A stretch of DNA of 62,970 bases, filler included, from Sphaeroforma arctica JP610 (Eukaryota): the NCBI RefSeq assembly GCF_001186125.1. It is 6 parts of 3 records of this genome, joined end to end, with 100 filler letters (N's around TTAATTAATTAA, not from the genome) between each part and the next. Parts side by side here need not be neighbours in the genome. Positions count along the whole stretch, not along the records: positions 32,558 to 48,048 come from NW_014040537.1; positions 48,149 to 53,508 come from NW_014040536.1; 4 more parts are not named here. One strand, 5' to 3'. Under the pieces are notes generated by a model. It worked only from the letters and a program-made list of their open reading frames with translations, made no database searches and was not told the DNA's origin. Positions 39,612 to 51,700 of this stretch are shown one piece after another. Every line of letters begins with the position of its first letter. Positions within the stretch are counted from its first letter, which is position 1. The position numbers were made by a program, and so were the translations under genes.

Positions 39612-41723
39612 AAGTTTTATCTGACCCGCCTTGAATGGGACAAGTTCTATCAAACTGGGTCCACTTTGTATTCTTCCAGTCAAGTAATCTCGCAGGCGAA
39701 GGCGGTTGTTAAGAAACCGCGGGAGCAGACCGATCAAGGGTACGTATCCAGGCAGACCTCAAGCGAGAGACCTCAACATACACCTCCACGTGAATCTACT
39801 CAATTTACACGCCCTGTTAAGAAGGTGCGTGTGGAGCAGTGGGAACCTGCATACAAACAAGTTAAGGAATGTGCTGATGAGAAATGTGGTTATTACAAGT
39901 ACCAGTTAACCCCTATCGGGTACTGGAACGGAAAGCATGCCCATTCTTGTAAACACTATCTTACAAACTGCGATAAATGTGAGAAGACCAATGGCTACCA
40001 CACTAAATCGTGTAACGTCACACCCGACATTAAGTTGGACTGACGGTACTACCGGGTACAATCGCTACACAGACAGTACAACGACTCTTTAGATGAGAGT
40101 GTAATAATCCCTGTATATTGCAATGGAATTAAAATCCTTGCGTTGATTGATCCTGGTTCTGAAATCTCATGTATATCCGATCGCTTTTCATTAATGAAAG
40201 ATATCGAAAGGAGAACACAAACATCTCACCTCATTTTAGCTGATGAGAAAATCTCCAAGTGTGAAACTATGGCAACAGATGTTAAGGTCTCGTTAGCCGA
40301 TGATAGGAGTATCACTACCCAANNNNNNNNNNNNNNNNNNNNAACTGGTTTACCAAATAACATAGATCCATTAAAGAATCAATCAGACGATAACTGTCTG
40401 AAACCATACAAGCCCCCGTCAGACACAGCCAAGGCATTAATACCTGACTTTGTGGACAAAATCATGGATCTGATTCTAGTAAATAAGAAGATAAAGATCA
40501 CAGATTGGGCAAAATTCCGTTTTAACGACGGATATGTCAGCCTTGACTTAACCAAGGTGGACTTTACACAGTTGAAGTGCCCGTCAAGGAACTATGTATC
40601 CTGGAGACACGAGGCTGTGGTAAAAGAACAAGTTGAGAAATGGTTAGCAGATGGAGTGATAGAGATTAGCTATCAACAGACACCAGTTAACTTGGCATTG
40701 CTAGCTGTAGACCAACATAACTCTGACGGATCGTTTAAGAAAGTCAGGGTATGTTTAGATATGAGTCCGATAAATTAATTATTGCCAACTCATATCTTTT
40801 ACCTACCTCGTATTAACGATCTACTGCGAAGGATGGAAGGTGCTACAGTATTTACAACTATAGACCTTACACAAGGATACCATCAAATGCAGATATATGA
40901 ACCACATCGTAAATACTTTAGTTTTACGTGGAAAGGTAAACAATACAGGCTTAGAAGAGCACCTTTCGGGTTACACTCTCTACCAGCATTCTTCCAACAA
41001 GTAACGTGCAAGTCTATATAGATGGCATAGTCGTCTTTTCTAAAACTAAGGGTGAACACGCCGCATTAGTCTGACGAGTCCTTAAGAGACTCAACGAGCA
41101 AAACTTCAAGATTAACGAGAAGAAATGCCACTTCGCAACGAGCAAAATACAGCTCTTAGGCTATCGTATATCTGGGGAAGGTATTAAGATCGATCTCGGT
41201 AAGGTAGAACACCTGTTAGATTGGCGAACACCAACTACAGGAAGAGATGTGAACAGCATGTGTGGGTTTGTAAACTTTTTTTCAGATGGAGTACCACACT
41301 TGGCTGATTACAAACCCTTTGGACACTTAAGATGTCACAAAGGTAAACTAAGGGACTTGTGGACAAAAGAGTGTGATGATGCGTTTAAAGCACTCAAACA
41401 CGCCGTCCAACAAGCACCTATAGTACAAGGGCCAGTCGATGGCGTGCCGTTTGAAATAGCAACGGACGCCTCCGACTTAGCCCTAGGAGGAGTATTATAT
41501 CAGGTTATAGATAACAAACCTAGATATATACAATTCTTTAGTCCAGCTATGAATGCTTCACAGTTGAATTATCCAACTGTTAAACAAGAGCTATTAGTCA
41601 TAGTAGCAGCTCTAACACACTTCCAAGATTACTTATACGGAACAGCATTTACGCTATTGTGTGATCAGAAATCTCTTCAATACATGAAAGAGGTGAAACC
41701 CGACTCACAATTATTGAGTCGCT

Positions 41724-41898
41724 GGCATGTCTCAGCCTCACAATACCTCAGAGTATTGCTGTTTTCACGAGGCAAACATAACTTTACTAAAAGACAAATT
41801 ACGTTTATTTTGCTTTGATTTCATTTGAGCTTTAGAAGACTTTATTACGTTTAACTACTCTAAGACGTTAATATCGCCTTAAGAGACCGAAACTTACA
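41724..41898 (+). repeat. 3' remnant of the 3' LTR
   Basis: Matches 36328-36503 closely (over 90% by eye) and ends GAGACCGAAACTTACA. Confidence 0.85.
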
Positions 41899-42510
41899 TC
41901 TGGCTCTACCAAAAAAAAGTGGTAAAGCACTCACTCTGCCTACAGTACCCATTTTAACTGAAAAGAAACATAAGACAGTTGAGGAACAGAGCGGTATGCA
42001 TTCTGACCGCTTAAAGAGATGGAAAGCAAATAGTTACTGCCGCTATAGCACAGTCACATGCACGTATCCTTGAGGATCGGTTAGATAATATGGCTTTAGA
42101 GTCCGACGAAGAAGTGCACGTCGATGGAGCCAGTTTATTTCTGATGCTAATCGAAAATGTATTATCTATGCTTCTGGTATAGATAAATACATCGGTACGT
42201 GTTCAACGGCAACACTTATCCGCTTCATTGTATATTACGGATGTAGAAGATTGGGAAATGAAAGCTTTTTTGCTGCACAGCATTTTGCGTATGATCTATT
42301 GGGCCTCAGCAAGGAATCTTGCAATAATATAAATATAATGTAAACAGATAAACACGATGATACTGACAGATAACTACTATCTACAGAACGGTACAACTAT
42401 ATACTGAAACATATCCTTGGAAACAATCCTGTTGACCATTCGTCTCGATGGGACACAGTACAAAATGTACGCGACGACGAGAAACCCGACACTGAACCAG
42501 AGGCAGTTGT

Positions 42511-42879
42511 ATGTGTGTGTCTACGTGTATATGTATATGTCTACGTGTCTATAGGTATATGTCTACGTGTGTATGTGTATGTCTACGTGTGCATGTGTAT
42601 ATCTACGTGTGTATAGGTGTATGTCTACGTGTGTATGTGTGTGTCTACATGTGTATGTCTTTGTCTACGTCTGTATGTGTGTGTATATGTGGGTCTACGT
42701 GTCTATAGGTGTATATCTACGTGTGTATGTGTGTGTCTACGTGTGTATATGTTTCTTTCTACGTGTGTATGTGTGTGTCTACGTGTGTGTGTCTACATGT
42801 GTATGTCTATGTCTACGTGTGTATGTGTGTGCCTACATGTCGATAGGTGTATGTCTACGTGTGTATGTGTGTGTCTACG
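42511..42879 (+). repeat. Degenerate 20-bp (GTGTGTATGTGTGTGTCTAC)n minisatellite
   Basis: TCTACGTGTG recurs about every 20 bp. Confidence 0.9.
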
Positions 42880-44524
42880 AAGTGAGGTACTCAATCAACT
42901 ACGACAAAATAATGGCGATCATAGTCTTGGTCTTGTGGGTGTTGAAGGTGCCGCACTCAAAGGAAAACATGTTACTCATCACAGAAGGGAATATAAATAA
43001 TGTCAAATGTCCGGATGTGAGAACCAAACAATGCCAAGTGTATTCGCTGTCACATACGTCTTTATACAAAGACAATACCGCTACTTCAAAATTATATCGC
43101 ATTCATCGATTTAAGCTCAAGGCTTATCGCCTCCTATCGGTTTCTCCACACCAGTAGTCCGCGGTACACGTGCTGCACCTGTCTACACGAACTGGCTCTT
43201 CCATGACAGCCCTGTTCGCGATGCTCTTGAAACTGATAAGGTCGCCCAGCGTTTGCTTTAAGGATTGGGCTGCTGCCATACTCTTCCAGTATAAATCTAA
43301 TGTGGCTATGCGGAAGTACTTCAGCCTTGCCGTTGTTCATAACTATCAGCGATCTGATTCTTCCTTCCGTCCTGAAGATGCTGAATTTCTTTGGGAGCTC
43401 TTACTGATACAGAGTTTACTTCTGTCCACTCTGTATGTGCCTGTGCTTATCGGTGGGTCATTAGCCTCTCATACTTGAACTCGCAACTTCTTGACTGGCA
43501 TACGAAGCATATTGCTACTCAGCCTTCTTGACTTCTTCTTTGTCTTTCTCATACGACACTGTTTTCTCCTGAAATCAGGTCGTATGGGGGGTTGTAAACC
43601 ATGGACTAAAATCCTGCTTAAACTGTGCTATTGTTTATAAACCAGACTGATTTTCCTCATACGGATATTTGGCGGGTGAAAGTGCACTAACAATTGAAAT
43701 TCAAAAACTACTTTCGTGTGACAGCAAAGTGTCAACGGCCTGAACATAAAATGGATGTTCAGGAGAACAAAGTATATAAGACTCTCGTGTGACGACGGCA
43801 TAAAAGCCGTATGACTGTCGGTTGTAGCTTCACTTTACTTAGCTACAGCTACAACCAACATAAGACAAATAAAACACAGTCTACATATCACCTTTTTCCC
43901 CTCTTCGAAACGTACCGGCTAGGTCATATGGAGCACTCGCGTATAGATAGAGTTGGGAAATGACCCTAGTTCGAGTGTAGTATAGACACATCGGTCCGAC
44001 CAAAGAGTTGGATAGCGGAAATTGCTTAGAATGACCAGGACTTAAAAATTCCTTGGACAGATTTTGGATTTTGTGTCTCTGAAAAAATAGCTTGCTCGAA
44101 ATTTGGAATAATAGCTTGCTCGAAATTTGGAATATATTGTCCGTTCTTCAAAATTTGAATTTGGTACTTTTGAGGGCAGAAATTGACGTCAGAATTTCAA
44201 AAAGCTCAATACTTTTTACATGTTCTACAGAGTTTACTCTGAAATATGTTGAAGACAAACTTGGTAAACGAACCTGACTACCAATAGTTTTGCTGGAGTA
44301 TGCTCACTTAATTATCTCATCAAGATGATTAAGGGAACATCCTCTCAGCAGAATCATTTATGGTATTCGGACTCGTTCACCGAGCTCGTCTTATGTACAT
44401 AAGACAAGATTTTACTAGCGTACTATCTTATCTTATACCCTTCTCGTATTGACACCACCGTGGTTGATACAATCCGTGAAGTGGGATCATACCACATACA
44501 CCGCTCTAACCATTCGCATCTAGA

Positions 44525-47500
44525 ATGGCCGAAGAACAGCAAGCACAAAATCTTAACCAGCGCCTACTTCAGCAACTTTTGAATCAAGAAAGTTTCAACC
44601 GCACTGGCTATATTGCACCAACAGAGGGCCCCACGGGGCTATACTCAGTTAAGCCACCTCTAGGGCGAATTTCAAACCTAAAATTTGTGAACGCACTGCA
44701 AGACAACGTGAGACCGGCTGAGGAAAGCATATCAACTGGCATCGCTAAGATGATCACAAATCCGGAATTTGTCGAAGAAGTTACTTTCTCCAAAAGATTA
44801 AAGACACGCCTGTACACAGTCAATAGTTTCTAAAAAGGAGAAAAGAAGCCGGTGCAAGACGAACTCGTACGAATTAAGAATTGGTACAATTATAACAACT
44901 CAAGCAGATCCAACAGAACGTACATACCGACGAGTTACGGCAAGTGGCACGGATTGGTCTCGTCGTCGATCTGCTACACGATTTCAAGCTCACACTAACT
45001 CAAGAAAATACGAGTTAGTAAGCGAGGAGACTTTGCCTCATTGTTAGAACATCAAACATACAACTTTAACATGTTCGATACATTGCTGCAAAAGCTCGAA
45101 GACAACCAGGTAAAGAAGCTGCACGAATTGGCTATAGTTCATTCATATAAAACAGGAAAAGCCAATAAGGACAGAGCCGCCCGCGAGAAATCCGTCCGTG
45201 AAAGGGTGGCTAAGGAGAATGTAGCGAAAGCCCAAGGCTGATTACATAAGTCATAAACAACACTTATTAATCCAACAAAATCTCCAAACGACGCCCTATT
45301 TCTTCGAGTACGCGCACGTCTAAAAACATGGCGAGCTCTGGGGACGAATTGGAAAATATGCGACACGATACGATGTGGAGTGAGACCTGAATGGGGGAAG
45401 CAGAAGCCACCGAAGCCATCCGACCGCGGACGCCGGATCTTGAAGCCGGAAGTAACAGTGGAGATGGAGGAAACCGAGCTACTACGACTGGAACGTCAGG
45501 TTGTCATCCGGAGATGCGCAGAATCCGAAGTGTATCTAATCCACATGACAATTATGATCCTGAAATCGGATGGGATCAGGTCAAGGCTGATACTCGACCC
45601 GAAATTGATCAACGACAACGCAGTCAAACGTAAATTTTGGATGGAAGATTTGAATAAAAGTCAACGATTGCGCGACCCACCAATCACATAATGTCGGCGT
45701 ATTATCGCGATAGATTTTACACCATCGGAGTAGTACAGCCCCAACTTTGGCAATTTCGGGATTGCAAGGGACAGCTATGGTGCTTTCTTGCGCTTCCAAC
45801 GGGAGCGACTTTCTCGCCGGAGTACTTCCATCAGCTGATGAACACCATTCGTCGAGTCTGCCGATTGAAAGGGATCCGAATTATCTTATACGCAGACGAC
45901 CTGTTGCTATTTGCGGCACTGTTTCTCATACAAACACATCGCGACTTCATCAATCGGCTCGACAAGGGGTTGGGTTTGGAACTGGCAGATGGGAAAGGGG
46001 AGTGGAAACTCCGGTTCAATGTCCAGATCACTTGAGGGTAATCATAAATCTGTTGAAAAAAAATGGATATAGGTGACAACCTTCGGACGACGACCTCAGT
46101 TTGTTCCGTCGCCTTCCGCAACCGAAGAAAGATTACTCTCAAACTATGGCGATTGTGCCCGGGTATACTTCAGTGGGTAACATTTGTAGTCCCAAATATC
46201 CGGCCATTTTTGGCAGAAGTACAACATGGAGTACAATTTACTCATTCGAAAGTCAGGCTATCGGGCTCTATATTCAAGAAAATAAGGAAACTGAATACTC
46301 TCTTGACAACCTTCGACAGTCGTGCAATCTGGCTCCAGGAACCGAATGCATAACTGACGGGAGATGCTTCGAAAATTGGATATGGAGCGACTCGTTACTC
46401 GGAGGGTCAAACGCGTACCTTCGCGGGCCGCTGGAATCAAGGAGAGACGAAATGGTCGATTTCCGTTCTGGAGCTACGAACACTAATTGTGGAGATGAAA
46501 TTTTTCCAAATTAAGGCTCTGATACAGAACTCTTTTAGTGATGACAGACTCCTCGACCGCGATGCACAGCCTCAGGAAACGGAGGAGCCCCTCGCGTTTG
46601 ATGAATTCTCAGCTACGCAATCTCGCATTGTTATGTCACAACAAACAAATCAATTGGCCAACAGCACAAGCGTTTTTGCCGGGGAAGCTCAATCTGACAG
46701 CAGACGAACTCGGTCGAAGGGGAAATCTGCTGAGATTCTCGTGGGCGTTCAAGACATCCGGGATATTGAAAATATAACACATGTGGCACCTGCCGGTCTC
46801 GAGCTTGGAAACAGATCTATTTCCGAAATAATAATACGAACAGAAGGCCCACCATGCGGCAGTGAAGAAATTACATGCGTTTCACCATCAGTGGAACCAG
46901 AATATTCATCTGTTCATGCCTCCGGATTATTAGTGAAACAGATGATAGAGAAGTTAGACAGGGAACCAGTCGAGGGAGTGTTAATAGTCCGAGTCTGGAC
47001 AGCCGCAACCTGGTGGGGAAATTTGATGGCGCATGCCAAAGCCATACATTTCCTGCCGGAGGGAGCTGTATATTACCCTAAACCATTGGCGAGTCAATTG
47101 GAACAGACGGCACCATCATGGCGGTTTTTAGCAGTGTTTTATAGCCCCTTCCGGAGCGCCACTATAAATATCCATTATCTGAAGGTAACGGAAATGAACG
47201 ACTCAAGGCACGACTCAACAGCGGTGGAATTGTCCAGGGAACTATAGCTAACTATGATCGCGCGCTGGAATACTTCCGTGATTTTTGTACTCTTCAACAA
47301 CATGAATTCAAACCACTTTCTGACACAGCTAGTCTCCTTGCATACGCGGAGTGCTGTGTGTGTGAGGAAATGACTTTAAATGACTGGAAAAATACGAGAT
47401 CGGTATTTAACAAATGGTGTGAAATGAGAAATACAACCACTTATCCAATGATTGGAGCCGAATCACTCGTGGGTACACCATGGATTGGCGTAGTACTCAT

Positions 47501-48048
47501 AATGCGGTACTGAATCAACCCAAAGTATTATCTGAGTGGGTGCTGGCGGTTATCAACTGTCATGCCGTCAACATGTAGCATACTGCCATTTACTTTTGGA
47601 TGATCCTCTTCGGTCAAAGGTGGGACACTTTCGTATGTGTCAAACTAGACCATGTGGTGTTGAATCCACGCTTCCATAGAATTAGCTTCACACTGGCGAA
47701 ACGGAAGCGGGACTTGACCTCAGGAGGAAGCAACTGCCCCTCTCGAGTAGTGGATGAGAAAATCTTCGATTTCCTTCACAAGGATCTCCTAAATGGCAGA
47801 CTATGGGGTCTTCTGCTGCCATCAAAGCGGTACGAGAAAATTTTGAGAATGCTGGCTTACCCAAGGGTCTCCTGCCGTACATTAGATGACACGCATTTCG
47901 GCGTGGCTTTGCGCAAGCATGCTTTAGCTTGCAGATTCCCGAAACTACGATTGCTTGTATAATGCGCGTCAAGAAAGGATCAGTTTCTCATTATCGCTTG
48001 ACATCGACGGCTACCGCAGCCGACAGGGTCCAGTAAGGACCAATGTGG
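44525..48048 (+). mobile_element. Degenerate DIRS-type tyrosine-recombinase retrotransposon
   Basis: gag-like ORF 44525-45241. RT with FLALPTGATFSP and IILYADDLLL. RNase H with LTGDASKIGYGA (46354), ISVLEL, TDSSTA, FLPGKLNLTADELGR. Methyltransferase-like block (DLF, LFMPP, GVLIVRVWTAATWW). Tyrosine recombinase with LFGQR, HAFRRG (47889) and SHYR. Broken by stops and frameshifts and cut by the spacer. Confidence 0.9.
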
Positions 48049-48754
48049 NNNNNNNNNNNNNNNNNNNNNNNNNNNNNNNNNNNNNNNNNNNNTTAATTAA
48101 TTAANNNNNNNNNNNNNNNNNNNNNNNNNNNNNNNNNNNNNNNNNNNNTATAGAGGAAATGCACCCGAAAATAACTGAGGGTTATGTGGTACAAAGGTAT
48201 TGAAGTGCATGAAAGCCTGTTTGGTGTGACCGCCAGTCTGTCATCGTCACAAGGTATACGTAGGCATGTATATATGTGCTTTATCGTGCTATGATTGTGA
48301 TCATGTGATGCCTGCTGATTACATATAAATATGCATATTTAACCCTATAAAACAACCTATATGATTGCATCCGATAAGAAAAACTTAATGATAACCCTAA
48401 ACTCTAAAACCCTTACAATATATTCTTACAATAAAGTATATATATATATATATATTTTAATTTATTGCTGTGTTGTAAATAGAACGATTTTTAGAACCAG
48501 TCATCTCTCTTGTGGCCAATTATTATATTATTTTGCTTAAAAACAAAAACAAATCATCCTCCTCTATCATAATAAGATTCATCAAAATAGAAATATATAA
48601 AACAAAAAAAGTAATTTTTATAAATATATATAAATATACATATAGTACATATTTTGTATATATATACGTATGCCCCGCGAGGACATACACATTTTTAAAG
48701 TGCAAGTGTTGTTATAGTTACTGTTCGCGTAGAGCTTGAGAATAGTGGGGCACG

Positions 48755-51700
48755 ATGGCTGTACCATTGGACAGGGAAGCCAACTTCCTCGCTTTCGAAA
48801 AGAAGAATAATAGGCTAATGGCAGCACTGAGACAACCGGAATATGCAGATGTGATGGAATTCATTCGTGCGCGGAGAGCCACGGTGATAGCACCTCAGAA
48901 CGAGACGCTCAAGGAGATACCCATGAATCGTAGTTTTATTGAAACACATGTCATCGACTGTTTCACAAGCGAAGGCGATAATACTGCTGATAATGCGACA
49001 ACAGATGAAAGCGCTGAAGAACAGAAACTCGATGCATTTGTGTCCGTTAATGGGGTTAGGGGTGTGTTTACCACACCAGAGAAGGAGGCCTTGCACGTTT
49101 TAGCTGGACCACCTAGTGACCCAGAGGAGGTGGTTGCCGTGGTTACTGATACGGCGTCGCGGTTTGCACCCGGAAGTGTACTTAGCTCGTATGTAGCCAA
49201 TACAAGGGATACATCGGACGATGTGTATGTACTGAGACACACACAGGTTACGATAGGGGATGTAAATGCAGACTTCATGATCATTTCAAGACCCCTGACC
49301 TTTGAAAAGTGCCCGTGGGAAATCGACGAGTTTGGTGCTGGGATGTTGCTGCCTACAGATAGCCATCTATCGGACTCGACACAAGGCGACTCACAGTCTG
49401 TCCCAGCTAGTATGTTAGGCTGGGTTATAGTAGGTGTTGATTGTATTGGATGTAGACAGAGATGCGTATGGTGTAAGAATGAGTGGAGCAAGTGTCTGAG
49501 TCAACACAAGGAAAGTTACAGACCGTCTCAGCTATTATGTTAAGTTGGGTTATAGTATTGCGTGTAGGTAGAGGTTCGTATGTATTAGTAATAGTTGGTT
49601 CAGGTGTCTGAGTCAGCACTTAGAGGCGCACAGACTGTTTCTGTTTAGCTGGGCGATAGTAAATGGTGGCTGTACTTAGTGTAGAAAAAGGTACGTATGT
49701 ATTTGTATCGGATGGTGCATACTTAGACACCCACAGACTGTTCCTGTTAGTATGTTTAGCTGGGCTATAGTAGATGTTGGCTGTACTTGGTGTAGAAAAA
49801 GGTATGGATGTATTTGTATCGGATGGTGCATACTTAGACACCCACAGACTGTTCCAGCTAGCATGTTTAGCTGGGCTATAGTTGATGTTGGCTGTAATTG
49901 GTGTAGAAAAAGGTATGTATGTATTTGAATCGGATGGTGCATACTTAGACACCCACAGACTGTTCCAGCTAGTATGTTTAGCTGAGCTATAGTTGATGTT
50001 GGCTGTGCTGGGTGTAGACAATGGTACGTATGTATTGGTATCGGATGGTGCACGTGTGCGAGTCGACACAAGGTGACTCATAGACTATTGTAGTTGTTAT
50101 GTACTCCTGGTTTATAAGAGGTATAGATTGTTATGAAAGTAGGTAGAGGTATCTAGGGAATTTGTCAAATTGCACTCATGTGTTTAATATCATCTAGACA
50201 CTTTCCTACACTGGTTGATACTGCTCGCACAGGTGATATCAAAACCACGGGCGTATATTCCACGGCGGTCTTGTCATTCACCTCCCCCGTCTATGCTACT
50301 AGTAGCATGCTTTCAAGCACATATGCACACGCACATAAATGATCACTAGATCATTCTGCGAACCATAGGTGCGTTTGGACCTTGTAGAGCATGTGAGACC
50401 GATTCATTGTGTATGGGAAAATGAATGGATGCCGATAAATGCTGTGTAGGTGTAATATAAGGGGCTATAGTTCTAGCAAATGTAAAATTTAGAGCGGTAA
50501 CTACATACGTATAACCATGCACATACCAGACGAACGCGCTTCCAGCACATTCCGAAAAACATGTTCACTTTGAATATGGTTTATATACTATGTAGTGACT
50601 ATACACTGCTTTATGTGTGTGAATTGTGAATATATACTACTTTTCGGAAATGTGTGTTATGGGGGCATTAGGATAGTATATATTAAATATATGAAGTGTG
50701 TCGTTGGTATACGTGCTTAGGTATTCTGCTTTCGTACGCACGTAAGTGTATCCTATACTATTCATTCCTGTACACGCAGGTGTATAGATAGAAACAAGCA
50801 CCCTTCTGATGTGCAAATATACACCTAACATGTATCTTACACATTTTTTTTTTAAAAGACACTAAAAAACCAACAAACCCAAATGAGTGCTGCAGCACTC
50901 AGGCACACGTTGTGCTTACCCGTCGATCGTGCGTGTCTGGACCAGCGTTTGAAGCTCCCACGCGACTCACTCTCGGTGTAACCCGGGTACAGAATATATA
51001 TACGTGGAACAAAGAACCATTGACAGGCAAATGCGTAGTATCTTTCGCCCCTCTCACCAGCTCTGTACTTATGTTTCACTGTCCGCTGCAGTTGAAACAC
51101 CACCTCCCAGTTATGCGACCCAGGCACACACGGGAGCCACAGCCGGCGGTGATTTGATTAGTTTCGATGATACCAACAGTAGTATAGCCAGTGCGGGAAT
51201 GGAACACCCCACGGCCAGTGCGGCGAGTGAGTTGTCTGCTGTGCCTGTGACGGGTGATGCCGGGAAAGCGGTGAGGCCACTGTCGAGGGGCTCGAGTATA
51301 ACCGACGGGAGAGATGGCGGTAAGGATTCGAGGAGGAAACGGGAGAGTTCGCTCTCAAGGTGTGTTAGTTCCGAGACTGGCTGGTTGACGACTTTAATCA
51401 TGCATGTGTACATACGAGTTCTAAGCGCGTATACAGTTCACGTTTTTATCATTTGCGTTTAGGCTATGTTAGTGTATTGCATTCTGTTTGCTGGGTGGGA
51501 TAGTTTTCAATAGATAGTTGTCGCTGATGGGTAAGAAGTGCGCCTATAATGTATTGCGCGCGAGTGGATCATCTGAACTCCGACTGATTTGTGATTGACT
51601 GCAGGCAGTAAACTAATCTTTCGCGCAATGTGATAGTTACTGTATCTCGAGACTGCATAAACATGATGGGGAAGATTCGTAGCATTCGTTTGAAGCTCAC

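Larger units (their letters stand above)
35765..41898 (+). mobile_element. Degenerate Ty3/gypsy LTR retrotransposon (gag, protease, RT, RNase H; integrase deleted)
   Basis: gag-like region from ATG 36630 with a C-terminal Cys/His knuckle (CDKC..GYHTKSC), protease ALIDPGS (40140), RT motifs KVRVCLD, LPRINDLL, FTTIDLTQGYHQ, RAPFGL and YIDG (41014, decayed YIDD), RNase H ATDASDLALGGVL and YPTVKQELLVIV. Multiple stops and frameshifts. PR-RT-RH order. Confidence 0.92.

Noticed and set aside
42880..43600. Possible decayed coding sequence between the two retroelements
   Set aside because: No recognisable motif and stops in all frames.
36630..48048. RIP-like directional hypermutation of the transposons
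   Set aside because: Differences between repeat copies include many transversions and indels, with no clear CpA-to-TpA bias by eye.
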